A stretch of DNA of 64,000 nucleotides from Candidatus Woesearchaeota archaeon (GTDB lineage: Archaea; Nanobdellota; Nanobdellia; Woesearchaeales; UBA583), in the NCBI GenBank assembly GCA_965205335.1, contig OZ242164.1, positions 1,120,001 through 1,184,000 of the forward strand, written 5' to 3'. The position numbers and the translations under genes are program-made. This document shows, in pieces, positions 40,633 through 51,748 of this stretch (positions are counted from its first letter, which is position 1; the number at the start of each line of letters is the position of its first letter). The notes beneath the pieces are model-generated. The model was not told the DNA's origin. It worked only from the letters and a program-made list of their open reading frames with translations, and searched no databases.

Positions 40633-43600
40633 ATGAACAGAAATAACACCTTACACCACCCCCCCCCCCCTGAGAAAATGAAAGCACTATTAGTATTTGT
40701 TCTGACATTATTTGCTGCACTTTCAGTTATATCTCTTCTATCAGAAGGTTCTTATTCTGCAAACTTAAGTTCTCCCGGACCTAAGAATCTTACCGTTGAA
40801 ATAACCGGCTCTGTTATTTTAGAATGGGATGCACCTGCCAATAACACTGAAACAATCACGGGGTATCAGATTCTACGCAGAACCCCCCTCAGCGGCGAAA
40901 GCACCTTACAGATATTAGTCAATAACACAGAAACAAACGAAACCGCATACACAGACCTAAACGCTACAGAACCCCGAGAGTTTTATGTTTACAGAGTGAA
41001 AGCGTGGCGTAACCAAACTTTAAGCAGATGGTCAAATTATGATAGTGTGTATCTTCCGTCATCTTTTGGTGCACCGACTAATCTCACTGTAAATCTTGTG
41101 GATGGTTATGTAACTCTTAACTGGAATGCTCCCTTAGGCAATGCCCAATCCATTACAGGATACGAAATTCTTCGCAGGAAACCTCTTAGTGGCGAGAGTA
41201 CTTTAATGACCTTAGTCAATGACACAGAAATAAACGAAACATCTTATATTGATTTAAACGCCACAGAACCAAGCGCGAGATATGTCTACCGTGTCAAGGC
41301 TTTGCGTAACGGTGAGAAGAGCCGTTGGTCAAACTACGACTACATAAAACTTCCGGGGAATTATTCTGCACCGCCAACAGTTACATTCACTTTAATTAAT
41401 TCTACTATTGAGGGTATTTTCATTAATAATTCAGATGTTTCAGAAGACTATCAATTACCACTAAATTCTACTATAGATTATAACGATTATAACAATACCA
41501 TTAAATTTTTGAGAAACATTAACATTAGTATTGAAGATGAAGAACTTGTTTACATGGAATCATCAGACAACATGCCTCCCTCTTTCGCAACTTTTGAAAC
41601 CTTCATTTATAACCTTAATGAGAACGTAAATGCAAGTTTAGAGCCTATTGTAATTTACACTGCAACTGCAACTGATCCTGAGAATGATACCATAATGTAC
41701 GATATGAGCCCCGTACCGGGTTTTGAAATTAACGAAACATCTGGTGTAGTTACGTATGTTGGGGAAGGTTTTGATTATGAAAATCTTTCTGAGAGGGAAT
41801 TTCACCTCTTCATTAAACCATATGATATGTTTACAGTTTTACATGATAATTCACCTTTTGTACTTATTAATATAGTAATTAATAACGTAAAGGAGGCTCA
41901 TGAATTCAAGCAGGCTTTTTATGATTTTAATCTCAACGAAAATGCAGATGGTAGCAGCACAACACCTGTTTTTGTTGGGAATGTAAGTTCAGCTGTTCCT
42001 GAGACCTATAATTTAACATATTTCATTACAGAAGGTAATACTAGCAAGTTTAGCGTTAATGAATCAACTGGCGAGGTATATTACATTGGCGGTGGGGAAG
42101 ATTTTGAGAATGGACCTGCGTTTTATGATTTAACAATTTACGTTAGTGACGGGTCGCTTAATTCTTCTGCTGATGTACGTGTTGAAGTTGTTGATGTGAA
42201 TGAGGCTCCTGAATTTCCGAGAGGTAGTTATATCTCTGTTAGTATTAATGAGAACATAAATGGAAGTTCAAATCATATATTTATTAATGATTACGCTGCA
42301 ACTGATCCTGAGAACGATAATTTAACATATTTCATTACAGAAGGAGATACATCAGGTAATACAAGTAAGTTTAGAGTTGATGAATCAAATGGAGAGGTAT
42401 TTTACATTGGAAGCGGAGAGGATTATGAGGGCTTATTACTGAAACTTGGAGGAGCCCAGTATCTCCTTACAATCACAGTTAGTGATGGTGAATATAATGA
42501 TTCTTATATTTTTACTTTAGAGATTAATGATGTGAATGAGGCTCCTGAGTTTTCTGAGAGTTCCTACATCTTCAATCTTAGTGAAAATAGAGATGGCAGC
42601 ACAATGCCAATTTCTCTTGGATTTGTAAATGCAACTGATGATGATGGCAATAGTTTAACGTTTATTATAAATGAACAAGAAGTATCAAACACGTTTGCCA
42701 TTAATTCATCGACCGGTGAGATAACGTATATTGGCGGAGGGGAAGATTTTGAGAATGGACCAGCGTTTTATGAATTAACAATTTACGTTAGTGACGGGTC
42801 GCTTAATTCTTCTGCTGATGTACGTGTTGAAGTTGTTGATGTGAATGAACGTCCTAAGTTCTCTGAGAGTTCATATAATTTCAGTCTTGATGAGAATGTG
42901 GGCGGCAGTCCTATGAATCCTGTTTTTATAGGGAATGTGACTGCGACTGATGAAGATGCTGGCGATATTTTAAGATATACAATAATATTAAATGAAACGA
43001 ATTATCAAAGTAACCATCCCTTTAGGCTTAATGAATTGACCGGTAAACTGGTTTACATTGGGAGTGGAGAGGACTATGAGAATAAATCAGAATATGAGTT
43101 CCAAGTGTCAGTGAAAGACAACGAGCTTTTTATAAGAAATGTCCCTGTTCGCATTGATATTAATGATGTAAACGATGCTCCTGAGTTTTCTGAGAGTTTA
43201 TACACCTTCAATCTTAGTGAAAATAGAGATGGCAGCACAATGCCAATTTCTCTTGGATTTGTAAATGCAACTGATGATGATGGCAATAGTTTAACGTTTA
43301 TTATAAATGAACAAGAAGTATCAAACACGTTTGCCATTAATTCATCGACCGGTGAGATAACGTATATTGGCGGAGAGGAAAATTATGAAAACAGAATATC
43401 ACACACGGTACTTGTGAACGTAAGTGATGACTCTCTTAGTGATAGTGCCGTAGTTTTCATTAGGATTTTGGACGTAAACGAGGCTCCTGAATTCAATCAG
43501 GGTTCATATAATTTCATTCTTAACGAAAACGTAAACGGCAGTTCAACGCCTTTTCCTGTTGGAACGGTAACTGCGACTGATCCTGAGGAGGATACTTTAA

Positions 43601-46455
43601 CATACTCAATCACATCTGGCAATACAAACAACAAGTTTGACATTAATTCAACAACTGGTGAAATAACATATATTGGAAGTGGAGAAGACGGAAGCACGCC
43701 AGAATATCTCTTAAACATTAGCGTAACTGATACAGAATTTTCTGCCCAGACCACTGTTCAGATTACCATTAACACAACAGTCAACAGTAACAACCCTCCC
43801 TCATTCGTGGAAATTTCTCGTGTAGCTGTACTCAGAGAGGACAAAGTTGGCTCTGTATTTCTTGGCGCAGTCTCTGCCAATGATGCTGATAACGATACCT
43901 TAACCTACTCCATTACAGAAGGTGATAAAAGTAAATTTAGAGTTGATACTATTAATAATGTAGGTAATTTGTATTACATTGGAAGCGGAGAGGATTATGA
44001 GACAGGACCAAGAAGTTATAATTTAACAATTGAAGCGAGTGATGAGACAGACAGTGCGTCTCTTCTTTTCACGATTAATATCAGGGACGTAAACGAGGCT
44101 CCTGAATTCAATCAGGGTTCATATGATTTCATTCTTAACGAAAACACAAGCGGTAGCACAACGCCAGTTCCCATTGGAACAGTAACTGCAACTGATGAAG
44201 ACGGTGACACCTTAGAATATTCCATCACCTCCGGTGCCACTAACAAATTCAACATTAGCTCCGAAAATGGTGCAATCACATACATTGGCAGTGGAGAAGA
44301 TGGAAGCACGTCAGAATATTCCTTAAGCATTAACGTAACTGACACTGAATTTTCTGACCAGACCACTGTTCAGATTACCATTAACACAACAATCAGTATA
44401 GTCAATCCTAACAATCCACCTGTATTCACTGAGATCTCTCATCTCTCTCTTGCAGAAAACCGAGACGGAAGAACAACTGCTGTTTATGTTGGAAATGTAA
44501 CTGCAACCGACCAGGATAATGACACTTTAACATATTCCATTACTGAAGGCGACATAAATAAATTCAACATTGATTCATCAGTCGGGGAAATTACATACAT
44601 TGGAAGCGGGGAAAATTACGAAAGCGACCCAAAACAATACAACCTGACAATTCAGGTAACTGATAACTCATGGAATGTAGCTGGCAATATTACAGTTAGC
44701 ATTGCTGACGCAAATGACGCTCCTGTCTTTATTGAGAACTCCTACACTTTCACTCTTAACATAAGTTCCACTTCTGTTTCTATTGGAACCGTGACTGCAA
44801 CTGACGAAGACGGTGACACCTTGGGATACTCCATCACATCAGGCAATGCAGACAACAACTTTAATATTGACGAAACAACCGGTGATATAACATACACTGG
44901 CAGTGGAGAAGACGGAAGCACACCGCAATATCATTTAAACGTCAGAGTTCAGGACAATGATTCCGCTTCTGCTTCAACTGATGTTTATATTAATGTTGTT
45001 AATAATTCAGATGATATCATTCCTCCTCAACTCGGTCTGGGTACTTATGTAAATATCTGTGATCGAACATGGTGGGTTCGGAACAAAATACTGGACCTAA
45101 CTCCTTCCTCTGATGCTTGTGCGAGTGTTGATTTATCTGAGCTGGCGGCAATCACTGAACTTGATTTTAACGGATACGGGAATGCTATTATGAAAGTAGG
45201 AGATTTTGATGATATGGTTGGATTGCGAAGATTGGATTTGAGTGATCTTGGTATCGGTCTTATATTAGATGATGACGGCAGTTATCTTGATGGTGTTACT
45301 GATAACCTTGGCGGACTTTTCAGAGACTTAACTAACCTTGAGTATTTGAGTTTGATGAATAATAATTTGCATCCACATCTTCCTGATGACTCATTTGCGA
45401 ACATGGGTAATCTTCGTGAATTAGACATGCGCGGTTATTCGAGGAATCTTGAGGGTCGTGATGGTAGTTTGACTGATGGTAATTCACTGGGTGCTTGCTG
45501 GTCTTTAGAAGAAAAGGCTCAGTCTCACCCGCAATATCCATGGGATGCGCGAAAGAACTCACCTAACGCTTTCAAGCCATTAGTGAGTCTTGAGACTTAT
45601 AACTATGAGTATGATTTCAACACAGAAAACATTTTCTCATTAGGGGAAGAAAGAAACATAATTTTTTCAGCCACAATGATTTCAAAGACGAGACCATATT
45701 CTGGTGTTTTAAACGCTACAGGGTATGGTTCGCTTTATCCTGGCAGTTCTTTGACTCAGACCAGTTTCACGTTTAAATCCAGAGAATACACTGTCAAAGA
45801 ACTTCAACTGGTCAATGGAGATTTAGAACTAGAATTCAATAAAGATTTGACGGACAGAGCACATTTTTCTCTGGTGCTAACTATTGGTCATAGAGAATTC
45901 AACTTCAGAGACTCATCATTTACTACTGGTAATGGGAACAGGAGGTTGACAATTCAGAATGTGAATTTTTTGGATAGTCAGCCGGTTAACATCTCAATTG
46001 CAGCCACTGAAATCATTGACTATGAGTATGAACCAGAACCATATGCAACAAACAATTACATCCAGCCGCCGGCATCTCCACAGAACATTGGAGTATCGGA
46101 GAATGAGAGGGTTTTCACTATCACATGGGATGCTCCAGAGAATGAGGATGTTACGCATTATCGTATAGAAAGGGGTTTGAATTCATGGAAACATCAGGCT
46201 ATGAAGAGGACGAGCGGACTTAGTTCCTCAGTCGGGTCTAATGTTCAGTGTGTTGATCACATGTCAGATTTCTATACTGATTTCAGCCACTTTGCCAACC
46301 ACGTGGATACCGTCACCGCAAGCCAAAACAGTTACACTGACGACCTGTCAGGCAAACTACCATTAAGCTACAGTAGCATATGGTCGCTCAATTACCACGT
46401 ATACGCAATCACTGAAGACGGTGAGAGCATGCCTGTGACAATAAAAGCAAGATAG
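40633..46455 (+). CDS. giant surface adhesin: 2x FN3, about 11 cadherin-like repeats, LRR region, FN3
   Basis: Signal peptide; W.AP..ITGYxILRR..YVYRVKA FN3 units; DxNEAPxF and ATDxD cadherin motifs; LRRLDLS/LEYLSLMNN LRRs. Confidence 0.9.
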   Translation: MNRNNTLHHPPPPEKMKALLVFVLTLFAALSVISLLSEGSYSANLSSPGPKNLTVEITGSVILEWDAPANNTETITGYQILRRTPLSGESTLQILVNNTETNETAYTDLNATEPREFYVYRVKAWRNQTLSRWSNYDSVYLPSSFGAPTNLTVNLVDGYVTLNWNAPLGNAQSITGYEILRRKPLSGESTLMTLVNDTEINETSYIDLNATEPSARYVYRVKALRNGEKSRWSNYDYIKLPGNYSAPPTVTFTLINSTIEGIFINNSDVSEDYQLPLNSTIDYNDYNNTIKFLRNINISIEDEELVYMESSDNMPPSFATFETFIYNLNENVNASLEPIVIYTATATDPENDTIMYDMSPVPGFEINETSGVVTYVGEGFDYENLSEREFHLFIKPYDMFTVLHDNSPFVLINIVINNVKEAHEFKQAFYDFNLNENADGSSTTPVFVGNVSSAVPETYNLTYFITEGNTSKFSVNESTGEVYYIGGGEDFENGPAFYDLTIYVSDGSLNSSADVRVEVVDVNEAPEFPRGSYISVSINENINGSSNHIFINDYAATDPENDNLTYFITEGDTSGNTSKFRVDESNGEVFYIGSGEDYEGLLLKLGGAQYLLTITVSDGEYNDSYIFTLEINDVNEAPEFSESSYIFNLSENRDGSTMPISLGFVNATDDDGNSLTFIINEQEVSNTFAINSSTGEITYIGGGEDFENGPAFYELTIYVSDGSLNSSADVRVEVVDVNERPKFSESSYNFSLDENVGGSPMNPVFIGNVTATDEDAGDILRYTIILNETNYQSNHPFRLNELTGKLVYIGSGEDYENKSEYEFQVSVKDNELFIRNVPVRIDINDVNDAPEFSESLYTFNLSENRDGSTMPISLGFVNATDDDGNSLTFIINEQEVSNTFAINSSTGEITYIGGEENYENRISHTVLVNVSDDSLSDSAVVFIRILDVNEAPEFNQGSYNFILNENVNGSSTPFPVGTVTATDPEEDTLTYSITSGNTNNKFDINSTTGEITYIGSGEDGSTPEYLLNISVTDTEFSAQTTVQITINTTVNSNNPPSFVEISRVAVLREDKVGSVFLGAVSANDADNDTLTYSITEGDKSKFRVDTINNVGNLYYIGSGEDYETGPRSYNLTIEASDETDSASLLFTINIRDVNEAPEFNQGSYDFILNENTSGSTTPVPIGTVTATDEDGDTLEYSITSGATNKFNISSENGAITYIGSGEDGSTSEYSLSINVTDTEFSDQTTVQITINTTISIVNPNNPPVFTEISHLSLAENRDGRTTAVYVGNVTATDQDNDTLTYSITEGDINKFNIDSSVGEITYIGSGENYESDPKQYNLTIQVTDNSWNVAGNITVSIADANDAPVFIENSYTFTLNISSTSVSIGTVTATDEDGDTLGYSITSGNADNNFNIDETTGDITYTGSGEDGSTPQYHLNVRVQDNDSASASTDVYINVVNNSDDIIPPQLGLGTYVNICDRTWWVRNKILDLTPSSDACASVDLSELAAITELDFNGYGNAIMKVGDFDDMVGLRRLDLSDLGIGLILDDDGSYLDGVTDNLGGLFRDLTNLEYLSLMNNNLHPHLPDDSFANMGNLRELDMRGYSRNLEGRDGSLTDGNSLGACWSLEEKAQSHPQYPWDARKNSPNAFKPLVSLETYNYEYDFNTENIFSLGEERNIIFSATMISKTRPYSGVLNATGYGSLYPGSSLTQTSFTFKSREYTVKELQLVNGDLELEFNKDLTDRAHFSLVLTIGHREFNFRDSSFTTGNGNRRLTIQNVNFLDSQPVNISIAATEIIDYEYEPEPYATNNYIQPPASPQNIGVSENERVFTITWDAPENEDVTHYRIERGLNSWKHQAMKRTSGLSSSVGSNVQCVDHMSDFYTDFSHFANHVDTVTASQNSYTDDLSGKLPLSYSSIWSLNYHVYAITEDGESMPVTIKAR
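40659..40670 (+). repeat. C12 homopolymer at the 5' end of the adhesin gene
   Basis: 12 consecutive C between ATG 40633 and ATG 40678. Confidence 0.9.
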
Positions 46456-46782
46456 TCATTTTATGACTTCTTTTTACTTTCCTATACCAGCATTTCAGAC
46501 AAACATAAATTTTGCTGTTTAACCCGTTATCATAGCATTAACAAAATCAAACCAGAAAACCCGGAATAAACAGCAATGCTCCCCAACCTCTCTCATCAAA
46601 ACACAAATGGTGAAACACTTTCGCTATCAGACAAAATCCGTTTTCCGATAATGTGAAAAAAGTAAATTCCTTTATAGATGAATATATATTACGACTCTGT
46701 CCAGAAATTCAAATCAAAGATTACTAACTAAATCAAGATATAATTAATAGATTGTAAAGTTGGTAAATTTTTAGGAAAAAGA

Positions 46783-47214
46783 TTAATTATCAATGTAATT
46801 GCAGGTTCTCTCCGCTTGTTCCATTACTAATGTTAAGACATTTTGTTGTTGTTTTGGTGGGTATTTGTACTTTCTTAGTAATTTTTTGATTGTTAGTCTC
46901 ATTGTGGCTCTTGCATTTTCTCTGATGTTCCAATCAACAGATTTGTTTTCTCTGATTGTAGTCACTAATTCTTTTGCAATATCTTTTAACACTTTTTCAC
47001 TCATTACATCTCTGACTTCTTTTTTATTGCTTAATGCATCATAAAACGCAATTTCATCTTCGTTCAGGTTTAGTCCTTCACCTCTTTTGTGCTCATCTCT
47101 GAGTTTTTTTCCAAGTTTAATTAGTTCTTCTATTATTTTTGCAGTTTCAATGGTTCTGTTTTGGTATTTGTTCTCATTTTTGCACTTAGTTTTAATTTTA
47201 GCTCTCAAAACCAT
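46783..47214 (-). pseudogene. type I restriction enzyme HsdR C-terminal (DUF3387-like) fragment
   Basis: IIEELIKL..EDEIAFYDAL..VDW..ARATMR..LLRKYKYPP; no nuclease or helicase part. Confidence 0.8.
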
Positions 47215-47324
47215 AAGAAACTTCTGGATATGACCATTTATAAAGTTTTAAGTCATCCCTCTAAAAATGACCAGAACCCAGAAAAAGAAAAATTTAAAAG
47301 AGAAGAAATTGCGTATAATATAAA

Positions 47325-48494
47325 ATGCAAAGGGATTATATAATATATCCGAAGACTTTAGAAAAACTTAGAAACTCTGGAATAGAGAGTAGACTTGAAG
47401 CACTAAGAAAAAACCCAGACAATGATTTTCCATTTTTTGGTGGATATTACGATTCCTCTGCAATTCAGGAAATCATAAGAGATTTAGAACAAATGAGATT
47501 TTACAAAAATGCTCCAGGAGATTTTCTTGATGATAGTCAGATTCTAAATCAAATATTTCAAAACCCGCAAGAGTACAAATGGAAAATGCAGAGAGCTAAT
47601 GATACAAAAGAAGTGCCCTGCATTTTAGAAGAAATATTATTATTTTGCGGTTACCCCGCTTCATTTGTTTTAAAATCCGAAGAAATTAATGATTACTCTA
47701 AATTTGGCTTCTCATCTCCTATGGAGTTTATCACAGCAATTGGAGTCTTTGTTGCGCAATCACAAAGAATAACATTTCATGAAGGCTATAAATGGATTAG
47801 AGAAAAAGAAGATGGCTCTAAAATAGAAACTGAGGTTACCGGAAATATGCACTGTGACTTAAGAATATATCAAAGAGATGTCTCATTATATGAAACAACA
47901 TCTCCATTAGGAAAAGAAATTGGCATAAGACCGATAACAGATTTTTATCGGGGGATTTCTGCATATCATTCAACTGAACCTGCATTGTTAGTTGCAATTA
48001 TGAAATACATTGACCAGCAGAAAATTAATGCAGAATTCTTAAAAGATAAAGGACAAGAACTTATCAACTGGGGAAAATCTCTGGAGCAAAGAGGAGGGGC
48101 ATGTGCAGAACATTTATTCCCGCAGGATTCAGAATCAAGACTGCTTTTTGTCCCCTATGAACTTTCAATTCCTTACTTAAATGAAAGAGATGAAACAGAA
48201 GAACTCTCACGCTTTGCATTAGGCAGAGAATATCGTGGTTGGTATAGTACATACATTGCATCAAATGGAGATTTAGTTCTTGCTCAAGCAAATGAATCAT
48301 CAGAAAGAAACTCCAGAAAAATAATTAGAGCAAGATTCTCTCCTGATGACGCAGAAGAACTAATTAAAGGATTAATATATCAATCTGCAAACGGACTTGG
48401 GAGAACACCTGCAAGAAACCTTTTAAGTTTAATAGATTACAGATTTTCAGATTCCTTTAAATCTGATTTTCATTCCGCTCTAATTAATAATTAA
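47325..48494 (+). CDS. hypothetical protein
   Basis: 389-aa soluble ORF with an upstream TATA box; no family recognised. Confidence 0.75.
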   Translation: MQRDYIIYPKTLEKLRNSGIESRLEALRKNPDNDFPFFGGYYDSSAIQEIIRDLEQMRFYKNAPGDFLDDSQILNQIFQNPQEYKWKMQRANDTKEVPCILEEILLFCGYPASFVLKSEEINDYSKFGFSSPMEFITAIGVFVAQSQRITFHEGYKWIREKEDGSKIETEVTGNMHCDLRIYQRDVSLYETTSPLGKEIGIRPITDFYRGISAYHSTEPALLVAIMKYIDQQKINAEFLKDKGQELINWGKSLEQRGGACAEHLFPQDSESRLLFVPYELSIPYLNERDETEELSRFALGREYRGWYSTYIASNGDLVLAQANESSERNSRKIIRARFSPDDAEELIKGLIYQSANGLGRTPARNLLSLIDYRFSDSFKSDFHSALINN

Positions 48495-48506
48495 ATAAAA
48501 CATAAG

Positions 48507-49031
48507 TTATTCCTTTTTCCTCTTAACCCTGCACGTTTTCAAATCTTTTGTTATGCCATACACTGCATACCCCAAAATTGGAAGCGAAAGAAATTTAAGT
48601 TCCATTCCCTCATATGGCAGAAACGCAATAAAACCTACAAGCCCAAAATATGAAGCAATAGTTACAGAACAACTTGGACATCCTACAACAATTAATCCCA
48701 AAAATGCTCCAAATACTCCTATTGTACTCTTTCCCTTAGAAAACTTCCTAAAATAATTTATCTTGTAAACTGAGACAGTTAAAAACATTGAAAACAAACC
48801 AGCAATAAATAACTGAAGAAAAATCTCAACATATAAATAAATTCTTCCTAAATTTCCCTCAATAATATCATAATTTGAAATCCACATAAACAATCCTATA
48901 ATAATACTAAAAAGAATAACATTCAAAACCAAATACTTCCATTGCGAATAAACTTGGGATAAATTTTCCCAGAATTGAGAATCCATAAAATAAATGAAAT
49001 TATCTTCTTTATAAATCTTATTTTTAAACAA
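48507..49031 (-). CDS. membrane protein with a GCPSC motif
   Basis: Four TM segments and a CxxC. Confidence 0.7.
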   Translation of the reverse strand: MFKNKIYKEDNFIYFMDSQFWENLSQVYSQWKYLVLNVILFSIIIGLFMWISNYDIIEGNLGRIYLYVEIFLQLFIAGLFSMFLTVSVYKINYFRKFSKGKSTIGVFGAFLGLIVVGCPSCSVTIASYFGLVGFIAFLPYEGMELKFLSLPILGYAVYGITKDLKTCRVKRKKE

Positions 49032-49209
49032 TTAACTTAACTGAATCCTCCCTTGAATTTTTTTGTGAGCGATATTATAAATTAAAATTAGGGATAAAAC
49101 AACAAACTAATTGGAAAATTAACAACCACTTTTAGAGTAATTTAGATTTTTATATGAAATCCACAAAACCTAAGATTTATATACTACTTTATTCTCCTTA
49201 TTTATTAGA

Positions 49210-50376
49210 ATGACAGATTATGATGATGTAAAAGGGTCAAGTTCGGGGCTAAATGATGACCCGCTATACAGTATTTCATTTGAAAATGCACGTTTAGAAG
49301 AAGAAAACAAGAATCTAAAAAGAACAGTATCATTTTACCAGACAGAACTTGAAAAATTTCGAACACCACCATTTGTTGTCTCTGAAGTCATTTCTTTAAC
49401 TAAAAATAACAGAGCAGTTGTCAGATTACCAAACCAAAGTAATTTTGTGGTAGACATTGCCCAAAACGTTAAAGATTTAAAGGTAGGAGATATGGTTCTA
49501 AACGAACAAAAATCCCTTGTTATAATGAGTAAAATTGATTTAACAAAAAACTATGCAGTCGAGAATTTCTTAATTGTTAATGACAAACCTGATGTTAGAT
49601 GGAAAGATATAGGAGGATTATCCAATGAAGTTGAGAAAGTTAAAGAAGTTTTGGAAATGCCTCTTCTAAAACCACAAAAATTTAAGGAAATTGGTATCAC
49701 TCCTCCAAAAGGTGTTTTATTACACGGACCCCCTGGAACAGGAAAAACCATGATTGCAAAAGCTTTGGCTCAAGAAACAAACTCAACATTTATAGAATTA
49801 GTAGGCTCAGAACTTGTTCAGAAATTCATAGGAGAAGGAGCAAAACTTGTAAAAGATTTATTTGAACTTGCAAGAAAAAAAGGACCAAGCATTATATTCA
49901 TTGATGAAATTGATGCAATTGGAGCAAGAAGAATTGATACAGGTACATCAGGAGAAAGGGAAGTCCAGAGAACATTCATGCAACTGCTTGGAGAAATAGA
50001 TGGATTTGATTCACTTGATAACGTTAAAATAATTGCCGCAACAAACAGATTAGACATTTTAGATGAAGCAATACTAAGACCTGGAAGACTTGAAAGACAC
50101 ATTGAAGTTAAAAAGCCAGATGAGAAAGGAAGATATGAGATCTTAAAGATTCATACAAGAAGGATGAAATTTTACAAAGGTGTGAATTTAAGTGAAATTG
50201 CAGCAAAAACTGAAGAATTTAGTGGAGCAGAACTTAAAGCTCTTACGACAGAAGCAGGTTATTTGGCAATAAGAAGAAATGAAAAGAAAATTTCACATAA
50301 GGACCTTGAATCCGCTATTGATTTAGTTAAACAAGACGTTCAGGAATATGAAATAATAAGTTCTTCATTTAATTAA
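49210..50376 (+). CDS. pan: proteasome-activating nucleotidase
   Basis: N-terminal coiled coil; GPPGTGKT, ELVQKFIGEG, IDEIDA and RPGRLER. Confidence 0.93.
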   Translation: MTDYDDVKGSSSGLNDDPLYSISFENARLEEENKNLKRTVSFYQTELEKFRTPPFVVSEVISLTKNNRAVVRLPNQSNFVVDIAQNVKDLKVGDMVLNEQKSLVIMSKIDLTKNYAVENFLIVNDKPDVRWKDIGGLSNEVEKVKEVLEMPLLKPQKFKEIGITPPKGVLLHGPPGTGKTMIAKALAQETNSTFIELVGSELVQKFIGEGAKLVKDLFELARKKGPSIIFIDEIDAIGARRIDTGTSGEREVQRTFMQLLGEIDGFDSLDNVKIIAATNRLDILDEAILRPGRLERHIEVKKPDEKGRYEILKIHTRRMKFYKGVNLSEIAAKTEEFSGAELKALTTEAGYLAIRRNEKKISHKDLESAIDLVKQDVQEYEIISSSFN

Positions 50377-50425
50377 TTAAACATAAAGTCAATATTTTTA
50401 AACAAACGAATTTAGTTTATATATA

Positions 50426-51706
50426 ATGGCAGTACCTATTGATGAACAAATTGCAAAAACTATAATCTGGATATTATACTTTGTAGGTTTATATTTTTCT
50501 CTATTTTGGATTAGTGTTTTCCTTTTTGACCCTCAGCCCAACACACGCAAAAAAAGAAAAGTCTGGCCCCAAGTTACAATTGTTATGCCAATGTATAATG
50601 AAGAAAAACACGTTGAGTGGACAATGGATAGTGTCTTTGCAATGGATTATCCTCAAAAAAAACTCAAAGTAATTGCTGTTAATGATGGCTCTACTGATAG
50701 TACACTAAAAATCCTGAAACGACTTAAAGAAGAATATGATTTTAAAATAATTAATAAAAAAAACGGCGGAAAGCATACTGCACTTAATGCCGCTCTAAAA
50801 CATATAAACACTCCCTACTTTGCATGCTTGGATGCTGATTGTTATGTTGAAGCTGATGCAATGAAGAAATTAATTGAAGAATTTGACGAAGAAGATGTTG
50901 GAGCAGTTATGCCTATAATGAAAGTCCATAAACCAAAAAATATTTTGCAAAGAGTTCAATGGCTTGAATATACTATGAATATTTTCTACAAACATATAAT
51001 GGGCAAACTTGATTGCATTCATGTAACCCCGGGTCCCTTATCTACATACAAAACATCAGCAGTAAAAAAATTAGGAGGATTTAGAAAAGGACATATGACA
51101 GAGGATTTAGAAATGGCATTAAGACTTCAGGACAATAACTACAAACTAAAACAATCCCTTGATGCAATAGTTTATACTGCGGTGCCTAAAACAACCAAAG
51201 CATTTATTTCTCAAAGGACAAGATGGTATCAGGGCACACTGCTTAATGTGCGAGATTACAAACACTTCCTCTTTAACAAAAAATATGGGGATTTTGGAAT
51301 GTATCATATGCCCTTGGTTGCAGCAACAGGATTACTTGCTCTTCTTGGAGTTTTAACAGTAATCTATTTATTTTTCAAAGGAACATACTTTACAATAAAA
51401 AGATGGTATCTAACTAATTTTGATTTTGCAACCTATATCTCAAATTGGAGTTTTAACACAACTCTGCTTGATTTAAGTTGGCAGACTTTATTTTTGGTTA
51501 CTGTATTATTATTATTAGTGTTTGTCATAATGTATCTATCTTTTATTGGAACAAAAGAGAAAGTAAATGTTTTAAACAGCATTAAATATTACTTTATGTT
51601 CATATACTATTTTTTCATATATAAACTCATTATGGGATATATATGGGCAAAAGTTGTTTTAAAGCTTAGTTTGAAAAAAGATAACAAATGGGAAAAAGTA
51701 AATTAA
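50426..51706 (+). CDS. processive GT2 glycosyltransferase (PgaC/IcaA/cellulose-synthase-like)
   Basis: DGSTD, DAD, TED and QRTRW motifs with flanking TMs. Confidence 0.9.
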   Translation: MAVPIDEQIAKTIIWILYFVGLYFSLFWISVFLFDPQPNTRKKRKVWPQVTIVMPMYNEEKHVEWTMDSVFAMDYPQKKLKVIAVNDGSTDSTLKILKRLKEEYDFKIINKKNGGKHTALNAALKHINTPYFACLDADCYVEADAMKKLIEEFDEEDVGAVMPIMKVHKPKNILQRVQWLEYTMNIFYKHIMGKLDCIHVTPGPLSTYKTSAVKKLGGFRKGHMTEDLEMALRLQDNNYKLKQSLDAIVYTAVPKTTKAFISQRTRWYQGTLLNVRDYKHFLFNKKYGDFGMYHMPLVAATGLLALLGVLTVIYLFFKGTYFTIKRWYLTNFDFATYISNWSFNTTLLDLSWQTLFLVTVLLLLVFVIMYLSFIGTKEKVNVLNSIKYYFMFIYYFFIYKLIMGYIWAKVVLKLSLKKDNKWEKVN

Positions 51707-51748
51707 ATACAAGATATATTTTTAAATGAACATAATTTTCTTTTTACT

